Assembly (NCBI GenBank): GCA_964016885.1 | Contig: OZ024740.1 | Coordinates: forward strand, 414,160,001 to 414,224,000 | Reading direction: 5' to 3' | DNA: 64,000 nt | Source of the DNA: Eledone cirrhosa | Lineage: Eukaryota | Position numbers and translations under genes: made by a program | The notes under the pieces: model-generated | The model's input: only the letters and a program-made list of their open reading frames with translations | Told to the model about the DNA's origin: nothing | The model's database searches: none | In this document: piece by piece, positions 53,413-64,000 of the stretch | Layout of the letters: every line of letters begins with the position of its first letter | Numbering within the stretch: position 1 is the first letter of the stretch

Positions 53413-53604
53413 CACCTGGACAAACTCAAATAGAGAATGTTTCGCCATAAAAAGTGAAGATTCCATAATGCAGAGAGCTGATCAACAGGTGGACCACAAT
53501 GTGGTCCACACTTCTAAAAATATATCAGATAACTGAAATAACGCGCATGGTGGGAACCGTATTGTATTCCACCTGTTGATAAGCTCTGCAATATGGAATC
53601 TTCA

Positions 53605-53609
<5 letters not shown>
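53413..53609. ncRNA. Hammerhead (53413-53491, minus, core TTGATCA) plus inverted partial copy (53570-53609, core TTGATAA)
   Basis: cacctg-TTGAT(C/A)A-gc...gc-GAAAC-a..ctc.tattt.gag..t-GTC-caggtg. Confidence 0.6.
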
Positions 53610-53667
<58 letters not shown>

Positions 53668-53869
53668 ACATATATATAATTTTGTTGTATGTATAGTTTG
53701 TGCTTTCGGTCGGTTTTCTTGGTGTCACATTTTATAGCTACGTTGTTAACTCTGGACTTAATGTTTGTTTTTAACTTTCGATTCATTGGGTGCTTTGTGA
53801 TTGCCTCAAACAAATCGAATAATACTTGCTGTACTGCAGCTAAAGTTCAATTTACAAATATTTTATACC

Positions 53870-53940
<71 letters not shown>

Positions 53941-53981
53941 AAATAAATAAGTCAAATGTTTAAAATTTAGCTTCGTTTATT

Positions 53982-54036
53982 ACTGCTATATATATTTCGG
54001 TGACAGCCATCTTTGGCTGTAACCTCGTCAGGCAGT
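53982..54036 (-). ncRNA. Minimal type I hammerhead ribozyme
   Basis: actgc-CTGACGA-ggttacagcca..tggctgtcacc-GAAAT-ATAT-ATA-gcagt-AATAAA. Confidence 0.8.
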
Positions 54037-55015
54037 CCGAATTAGTGTGGTAGAGACGAGTACATGTGTTGTTGAGGTGTATAACTTTGTCAATACTCTG
54101 ATATGCCCAGTTCCTGGTTGGGTTGTTATTTCACTGAGGAACTGGAATCATATGAACTCAAACAAACGAATGTCAGCGTCAAAGGGCCTCTTCTCCTCTC
54201 ATTGGTCAATTGTTAGAACATTCTTCAGTCAAAAGTCTATAGAAATTCGTTCTGAGGCAAGCCAATCTGTAGTTGTTGTTCTTGTTATTGTTAGGTACAT
54301 CTGACCTCTATTCTTGTGTTGGTAGTGGTGTTATTGTTGGAGTCAGCTAAAAAAAAGTGATAAAGTGGTAGAAGGAATAAGATGGTAAAGGAACAAATTA
54401 AAATAAAATAATCGAATAAAATGTGCGTGTGTGTTATACCCATCTCAATGTTATAAAGATTTGTAAGGTCAAACTTCCCATTGGTAAGTTTTGAGAGCAT
54501 TCCTCAGTCCAAAGTCTATAGAAATTCTTTCTGGGGTGAGGCTCCCTGTAGTGTTTTTGTTTGCTATTGTTAAGTACATCTGACCTCTACCCTTATTTTG
54601 GTAGTGTTGTTGGTGTTGTGGTCAGCTTATATCTTGCTGCTGCTAACAATTTAGAAGTATCTGTGTGTGTGTTTCTTCATCCCTACTGCCACCATCTCCC
54701 GTGGTGGTGGTGGGGGGGGGGGTTCTGCCATGTATATGAAGAAATAGAAGGCAATAAAATGAAGTAAACAGAAAATAAATAATAAATAGAGAATAAATGA
54801 AAAATTAATGAAAATGAAAAATGAATATGGAAAATGAAAAATGAAAATGAAAAGTGAAAAATAAAATGAAGATTCAAATAAAATAAGATAAAATGTGTGT
54901 GGGCTATAACCAATCTTAAGGTCAGAAATATGTTGCATAAATTGGTAGGAGGACAAGATGGTAAAAGAATAAAACGAAATAGGAAAATCAAATAAACAAC
55001 CAACATATACTCAAA

Positions 55016-55060
<45 letters not shown>

Positions 55061-55088
55061 TGCAATAAACAACATAAGACAATTATTC

Positions 55089-55155
55089 CATTTACCAAAG
55101 GTTTCACGGAGACAGACGAGCTCGACACAGACGTCTGAAATCATTCGTCAGAAAC
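55089..55155 (-). ncRNA. Hammerhead motif with weak stem I
   Basis: gttt-CTGACGA-..cagacg..cgtctg..-GAAAC-C-ttt-G-GTA-aatg. Confidence 0.55.
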
Positions 55156-55225
55156 TTTATGTTGTTTATTAAATAACCTACATAGAGCACTCTCCTTTCC
55201 TTTACCTTTCCTATGGAAACACTTA

Positions 55226-55257
<32 letters not shown>

Positions 55258-55267
55258 ACACACATAC

Positions 55268-55337
<70 letters not shown>

Positions 55338-55598
55338 CAAAGGTATATATTGAGTTAGAAACTGAAAATAGTCTCTTACAATAAAATAGGTCTAGCAAAG
55401 AGATTTTTCCGAGCCGTATATTATAACTGAATATAAAAGAAAAACGAACACAGATATATACATATATGTGTTCAAATCGTAAGGGACCAGATTCGCTAAG
55501 GTGAAAAGAATACTAACTATAGACAATAGTGTTTGCCAGACTCAATTTAAGAATAAATCAAGAAAGTAAATACAAACCGGAATTGTGGTAACTACCAA

Positions 55599-55678
55599 TC
55601 ACCCGGACAGCTTTGATAATGCTGTTTCGCAAAATTAATTGTGAAGAGAAATACCAATTCTTGCTCATCAGCGGGTGA
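55599..55678 (-). ncRNA. Canonical full type I hammerhead ribozyme
   Basis: tcacccg-CTGATGA-gcaagaattg...caattaattttgc-GAAAC-AGC-attatcaaa-GCT-GTC-cgggtga. Confidence 0.88.
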
Positions 55679-55817
55679 AGAATTATTAGTATCCTGGTCA
55701 CTTCTAAGTATATTAAAAAACTGAATAGTGTGCGTATATATAATAACGCACATGGTATCTGAACTTAGCGTGTCTCACAAACTCACACCACTAAAAATAT
55801 ATATATATATATATATA

Positions 55818-56890
55818 ATGAAAAAAGAAAAAGGGGTTTGAAAAATGCAATAACTGAGCATTTCGTTATTTAGAAGGATACTGTTTTCATGTGCCAAGTA
55901 GTTGGATGATTATTTATATATTTTGCTTTCTTACACTGGTTTCAGCTGTGTGTACAGCCTTTTTTAAATGATTTTCGTAACAGACCTCCGAAAAAATGTT
56001 TTCATTTGTGTTTATCTCACGTAGTTGGTCGCTTATGTTCTTGTTGAACACATGGTTTTATCTTGTCGCTTATATCGAGAATATAGTTCATTGCAAGGGA
56101 TGTAATTCAGGGTTTTTTTTTTAAATAAAAATATTTTTCTTAAGTGTGTAAAGAATTGAGCTTTGGTTGGAATTTACTTATGAAACATGTTTCCTTATTA
56201 ATACGCTGTACTTAAGTTATATATTCGCTACACTGGTAGAATGGAAAGATATCGAAATTTGGCAGAATTCGTCTTCCACATTCCTCCATATGTTGATGAA
56301 GAGGTATTTTTCTGGTGTCTGGGTGTCAGATTTGTTGACGCTACTCTGTCATTCGTCTTCGGATTGAAGTGCCTGTTTGTTCAATAAATGTTCGTGGCAG
56401 CCTTTACACGTTATAATATATATTAGATTCTCCCTGTTGCAAGAGAAATCATAATTTAATTTTAAAGGTGGAACCGTCTTTCAAATTAAATTCGTTGCCG
56501 TCTAACAGATAGTTGCATACTCCGCAGTGAGGGTGATTGCACCCTTTTTACTTCAGGTTCTTTAGTAACGATTTGCAGTTTTGCATTCGTTAATATCTTT
56601 TTAGTGATTTTAGTTGTCATTTACTTTTTATGATTGGGTGTCTTTATAAGTTGTTTTTCATTTTCTTGTCTTTTAGTAAAATAGATAAGTTTAGTTGTTT
56701 GTATGTGTATATCTCTGAGATCTTTAATTGAAAGTTTAAATGTATGGTATGACCTTTTTGTCTTGTTTTGTTTTAGTTTCTCGTCGTGTTTGGATATTAT
56801 GGTTGATTAAACTCTGAGGAATTATCTCTTCATAAATACTTGTTTCATATCTTCTAGTCAGTGGTCTCTGGTAGTTGGGTCTGAGATAAT
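55818..56890 (-). mobile_element. PLE remnant of a different GIY-YIG type (CCHH-style) with a decayed HHR near 55930-55970
   Basis: FSCNRENLIYIITCKGCHEH / IEQTGTSIRRRMTE..QQI..PLHQHMEEC..FDIFPFY..RINKETCFISKFQPKLN. Confidence 0.75.
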
Positions 56891-56896
56891 TGTGTG

Positions 56897-57746
<850 letters not shown>

Positions 57747-57795
57747 CTTATACTCATACGCTCTCTCTCTCACACACATACACACACACATATAT

Positions 57796-57830
<35 letters not shown>

Positions 57831-58994
57831 TGGGAATAAGTAAGCAAGATAAAATATTAAGTTACTTACTTCAAATGTCCCGACAGCGGTTTCGTTGTGT
57901 TAGATCGATATTAGATATTCTAATAAGATATCGAATATCGGGAGAACGATGGCTCCTTATGTGACTCGCTCACAACCAGCAGAATCTTCAATTGACCGCT
58001 ACGCATGATTGTTTTCAAATGCGAGAATGTTGCGTGGTAGGTATGCAGTCAGTATGGGGGGTTAATAATAGATGGACTGTCGTCAATAAGGAGGAGAACT
58101 AGAAATAGCTCCACTTCCAGCCTAGCTTTACTCAACCATAAAGGAGTATTGAAGAATTACCAAAGATATATATAAAAACAACGTGTGTGTCTGTGTGCGT
58201 ATGTGTGTGTGTGTGATATGTATGAGTGTATACATCCATACATACATTCGACGCGAGCAGCCGCACATATGGCGCGGAAAACAATTAATTAAAATTTTAA
58301 ATAAATAATATCGCCAACAGTAATGCCATAACTACCAGACTGCATATTCTTCTGATAGTATTCAGTGAAGACATCTTTTATTCGAAATCGTCTCAATATT
58401 AAATTCACTTTACAAGGATTTGCTACAAGCAACATGGTTGAACACGACAACATCAACAATACTAAAACGAAGAAAATTAACAACGAGAAAAGTAAAAAGA
58501 ATATTTTTAGTTGTAGATACAAAAGGAAATGAAACTATAAATAGCATTTTTCTTGGAATTACAAACTGAGACACTATCTATTTAATTGTTGTAATATGAC
58601 AAAAAAAGATCTCTCTATTTGCTATATGAACAGAATGAAGCTACACTCAGATGAACTTCACTTAGAGCTAACCTAATTCTCAGCCAAATAATTACGCTAA
58701 CAAGCAACGTTTGTTGAACGTAAAAATAACATAAACGTTATTTAAAACAATAATGAAAGTGTGAAACAAACATCAACACTAAGCGTGCAGCCTCCGAGAT
58801 CAGACAAGCAGTCAACGCCTGTAACAACAGACCGCTACGCTACTAGGTTTTCTTGTAGCCAGTCCGACCATCAACAACAAAAAACAGCAAGACACAAATA
58901 GACTCTTGAAGCAACCATGGTGGCGACGACTTGACACCACGAAACACCACAGACTTAATCTCGACTGCTATATCTCGCAGTCATATTAACCACA

Positions 58995-59413
58995 ACCCAA
59001 CAACTGCCCTTTAACTGGTAAGTACATGTATAAAAACATAATTTATCGATATGTGGTCAAATCAAACTTGGGAACATATAAGTATGTGGGTGCCACACCT
59101 AACTTTTTTAAAAAAGATGGTATGTGCACACACATTCATTCAGGAATCTCAGACTACGTAAATCAACCGCCTTCGTCAAAAAGATCAGGGACTTAAAACA
59201 AACAATATGGAATATAAACTCTCCTGGTCAGTGTTAAGTTTTACCCGCCTATACCAAAATGAAAGACGCTCCTGTAACCTTTGTGTGATGGAAGTACTGG
59301 AAATTATCACTGGTTCGGATCTACTGAACTCTCGTTATGATAGAATCTTTAACTGCCAACATAAAGCTTTACGAACCTTCGCTAAATATCACACTGACGA
59401 GCATAGGATCTGA
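58995..59413 (+). pseudogene. PLE GIY-YIG remnant
   Basis: NCPLTGK..NIIYRYVV..YVGATPNFFK / WYVHTHSFRN..YKLSWSVL..CNLCVMEVLEII..LLNSR..CQHK. Confidence 0.8.
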
Positions 59414-60756
59414 ACCCGAATCTAGATACCCACTCTACTTCTAAAACCTACCCCTAATAACACCTCTCCTCCTAGATCCTTTAACTGCCAACATAAGCCA
59501 TTAGATACCTTCACCAAATACCACTCCGACTAGCATAAGATTAGATCTTATATCTCTCTATCCACTCTACTTGTAACTCCTACCCACTCAAACACCCTAC
59601 CTCCAGCCGCCGCGGCTTGTTTCGGCGCCTGGCGGTATCTTAAAATAATCCCCTGTTAGATAAAACTAGTACTTGGCCCCACCCCCAGGTTAATTTATTA
59701 CCTTTCAACTATATTTTATGAAATCTGGTCACCATGGCCAGAGTTCCTTCGCTCTTCCATCTTCCCCCTTCGTCTTCTCCCATTTCTTCTCACTTTTCTC
59801 ATCTTCCTCCTCACCCCCTCCTCCCCTATCCACAATACGCAAATTAAGTAAGTTCTTACCAGCGATATTACCTCCTCTTTCTAAACTCCACTCACAAATA
59901 AAACTTTTCTCATTGGCCACATAGATTGTCATCTCTCCTTACAAACATAATATTATTTCAATTTTCCCTTAATCCTTTCTTTATATATTGTTATACTTGG
60001 GGAGGGTCATATTGTTGTAATAATATTGCCAGAAATAATAACAGAACACACTTACTGTTTGGTTGGTTTTCGCTTCTGTATCTTTTATATCTCCATAATT
60101 AATTTATTTGGCAATCAATATATATATGTGTGTGTGTTTGTGTGTGTGTGTGGGGGGGGGGGGGGTTATGTCTGTGTATGTGTATGTACGTATACCATTT
60201 TAATTATATTATTGTTTATGTTTGCTTATTTTTACTTATTTTCGCTTCTTATTATTGGTTTAATATTTTCGCCTACCAGTTCTGTTACATTTCGGATGTT
60301 ACTTTCTTTGTGTGCCAGTGGTTTGTACCTTGGAGCAGTTAGCAGTAAAGGATACATATTGCAAAAATGCAGTGACCTCGCCTTGGACTATAACAATTTT
60401 TCTCTTTCTGATGAAGTGCAATATTTTATTACGTAATGCAAACGATTTGGGCATGGAATTTGCAGTCAGCGCATGTAGACGGTTATTGTACACAAATATA
60501 TGTTAAAGAATGAACTCTGAATACATTTCTCCTTCTTACCAATTCTTCCTGCCTAGTTATTCCTCTTTTTCATGTTTCATGGTACCATACTTATTATATA
60601 TATATGTATATATATGTGTGTGTGTGTGTGTGTGCGTGTGTGCGTGTGTGCGTGCGTGCGTGCGTGTGTATCGAGCCAGACAATGGTATTTCGTCTATAT
60701 ATATACCTATGTATATATGCGCACACATAAATATGTGTGGGTTTTGCATTTGTGTA

Positions 60757-60797
<41 letters not shown>

Positions 60798-60800
<3 letters not shown>

Positions 60801-61016
60801 GAAGGAAGTGTGGTAAGGAACCAGGTGGACCATAACGCACCAGAGTACTCGATATTTTGGGTAGTAGAGTGGGTAATAGGAAAAGGTTCAGGACCCCGAC
60901 GGCAGAGCTGAAGCCATTTCGACGGCTATTTCTGGACTCAGACGGCTATTCTGAGTCCAGAAATAGCCGTCGAAACGGCTTGAGCTCTGCCGTCGGGGTC
61001 CTGAACCTTTTCCTAT
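60798..61016 (-). mobile_element. Fold-back insert (arms 60876-60942 and 60950-61016) with the 3' half of a hammerhead and a tail, in (TA)n
   Basis: gacggctatt..aatagccgtc-GAAAC-GGC..GCC-GTC-ggggtc; tail shared with 32629-32705. Confidence 0.8.
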
Positions 61017-61129
61017 ATATATATATATATTCCAGGACGATCGACTTTCGTCAAATCGGACCGAGGAAACAATGTTTCCGTTGGTCTTTCCAATTGCTAA
61101 TACTATCTATCGGTCGCAACTCCAGGTAG

Positions 61130-61498
<369 letters not shown>

Positions 61499-61667
61499 GA
61501 ATGATCGTGTCTCGAGCTGTCTGCCGGCGAAACAATTGTAAAACACAATAAATTGAGTTCAGATGCATCACTGATTTTTCGTTTTATATTATATCACAGT
61601 CTGCTCTGTGAGAACATAGAGTGCTCAACAGGCATACCGCTTATGGAAGCATCTTAGCTACCATCAG

Positions 61668-61696
<29 letters not shown>

Positions 61697-61699
<3 letters not shown>

Positions 61700-62297
61700 G
61701 AATAAAGTTAGTCCTTCATCAGTGATCTTCCAACCATCATTGGTATTTCATCGCTTTAAAGACCATATACCTCCGGTTGGTGCGAGCAACGGCTAAAAAG
61801 AGTCGTTGGGACACGAGAGTGTAAACAAACAAAGATGGTGAAGCAACGAAATGTGAGGAAGAACGAGTCAAGTCCCAAATTTCCATGAATATAAGTTCGG
61901 TGAAATCGTGAACGAGAGAGAATAAAGACCATCAATCCTGGTTGGAATGTGAGCAAGGAAGGAATTCCGTACAGGTCTAACGGGAGGAAGAAGGAATCTA
62001 GTCTGTGAATTCGGTGAACATAAGTTCTGTGAAATCGTAGACGAGTCTCTCGTGTACGATTTGGGACTTGACTCGTTCTTCTTCACTTTTCGTTGCTTCA
62101 CCATCTTTGTTTGTTTACACTCTCGTGTCCCCTTTATTTACGTGTCCCGACGACTTTTTTTAGCCGCTGCTCGCACCAACCGGAGGTATATGGTCATTAA
62201 AGCGATGAAATACCAATGATGGTTGGAAGATCACTGATGAAGGACTAACTTTATTCATATGTAACCCATTCGCAACCACGCAGCGCGTTTATTCTCA
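61697..62297 (+). mobile_element. Fold-back insert (arms ~61697-61880 and ~62060-62260) with short tail, in (TA)n
   Basis: atgaataaagttagtccttcatcagtgatc.. / ..gatcactgatgaaggactaactttattcat. Confidence 0.8.
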
Positions 62298-62377
62298 TAT
62301 ATATATATATATGTGTGTGTATGTGCGCGCGTGTGGGCGCGCGTATGTGTGTGTGTGTGTATGTGTATATATATATA

Positions 62378-64000
62378 GTAATAATAATAAATTTGAAGAC
62401 TAAAATCCAAAGAGGGCTCGATAAGGATAAATATATATCAAATATATAAGAACCATAGAGCAAATATTTATTAAAATAACAGATTAAAGTTTAAGCAAAG
62501 AATCGCTGCTTTCACCCTTAACGGGATCTTCTGAAACTAACAAAGTCAATCTGTAAACGCAGTAGTGGATATTTAAAAAAACGTTGCAACCGGAGGAAGA
62601 CAGGAAGATGATACTTTGGTTCGTGGAAACGTTCGCTGGCAAAGAACGGGAAAAAACGAATATAATACGTCATTAATAGGAGCGGTGAAAAACAATTACG
62701 CGCAAAGACAGAACCACGTTTATGGTATAAAAGAGGTCGTAGACTAATGTTCTCTTAGGTGGTTCATAGAGACGTTCTCTGGCAATGAACGAATAAAACG
62801 AAGATAATACGTCATATGTGGAGCGTGGAGAACAATAGCACGCAAAGACAAAACCACGTAAACGGTATAGCAGAAGTCGTAGACTAAAATTCTAATTAGG
62901 AGACCGAATGATTCTCCACTACAGAGTTAAGACCAAAGTAAATAAATACAGTACAGAAGTAATAGAAATAAATAAATACATACACGCAAACAAATACGTA
63001 CATACACAAGCATACGCAAAACACTTACCATAGGTACACAAAACCACGCACATATAAATATGTGTGTGTGTGTGTATGCGTGTATACAAATAAATAAATA
63101 ATTATATAAACGTATATAAATAAATAAATACGTATATAACAAGCGCACACACATACCTACATATAATACATGAATGTTCGGAGACGTAAGTCAACCAAAA
63201 CATGAAGTACACATATACACACACCCTACATACGTACGAACCTGCATACTCACACAGACGCAAAACTCCCGTATACACATAGCCAAACCATATGTACCAG
63301 AATATATAAAATTATACGCCATAACATAAACAATCAAATATACGTACGGAAGGTATACGTACCTTCACAAAACATACGGGTAAAATATACTTACCTATGC
63401 AAATAAGTAATGGTATAAACAAAACATATACTTAGCTCCCACATCAAGACGTAAAATATCCACGTATAAATCGTACTATCCGTTAGGGTATAACGTGGGG
63501 CTTTAATACAGGAAAGTTTTGTGTAATTTATGTTTACAAGCCGAAATTGCCTCAGATTTTTTGTTTAAGATGTGGTCTGTGGCGTAGAGTATTTCCAGGG
63601 CCTCAGCGGCGCAGAGGTCACATGGTCTTTTATTTCCGTTATACGATCTAGCCCTAGCTAGGATCTCCCAGTGTAACTTATATTGGGTGTGGTTGTCTTT
63701 TAGACTCCAGATATAAGCTGAAAGTGACGTCATATTCCTTCTTAGAGAGTAACGAAAAGAATGGGTATGCATGTAAAGACGCTGCTTGAATCTATTGGCG
63801 GTTAACCCTGTGTAGGCCCTACGAGACGTGGGTGTTACAACCTTACATTTGTTGACAATGTTACTAGAGAGGCATTTCCCGGATAGGGGGCAATCAACCC
63901 GATTCCTACAATTACAGTTAGTACTAACTACAGGGTTGCACGAGTTCCTACGGCTAGGTAGTTTAGCTAAATTTGAAGCTGTGATGTTATGTGCAAGGTT
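62378..64000 (-). mobile_element. Second copy of the 21264-24460 PLE family (tail, pseudo-LTR, GIY-YIG end), running off the right edge
   Basis: ORF 63503-63772 is nearly identical to 23077-23373; the pLTR and tail match 23374-24460. Confidence 0.93.

Noticed and set aside
50630-54500. Possible PLE or other ORF remnants at 50630-51200, 52020-52460 and 54040-54480
   Set aside because: The translations are too decayed to assign a family by eye.
57880-57995. Minus-strand TTGAAGA...GAAAC-CGCT-GTC hammerhead
   Set aside because: Stem I and stem II pair poorly; at best a decayed copy, so it was not counted.
60408-60450. CTGATGA as a hammerhead
   Set aside because: There is no GAAA and no stem I partner.

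Overview
AT-rich, repeat-saturated eukaryotic DNA with no host gene that I can recognise. The SINE types and microsatellite load suggest a mollusc, probably an octopod; that is inference. Four components dominate. (1) A ~9-kb array of a 31-bp satellite (9244-18205) inside a non-autonomous Helitron. Its monomer matches a single-copy Rep-coding segment of a sister Helitron fragment at 27.9-28.3 kb. (2) Many Penelope-like retroelement (PLE) remnants with RT plus C-terminal GIY-YIG, including a 5'-truncated copy with ~890-bp inverted pseudo-LTRs (21264-24460) and a second copy at the window end. (3) About 20 hammerhead-ribozyme (HHR) motifs read by eye from mostly unrelated families, many inside short ORF-less fold-back (inverted-repeat) inserts in (TA)n tracts. 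They include core variants (U3-A8, A4, U.U at the stem II base), and one 40-bp palindrome folds back exactly at the predicted cleavage site. (4) tRNA-derived SINEs, R4/Dong, CRE-like and Tx1/L1-like LINE fragments, and mariner and pogo/Tigger remnants. Nearly all ORFs in the supplied track are microsatellite artefacts. Coordinates were read manually and element boundaries are approximate.
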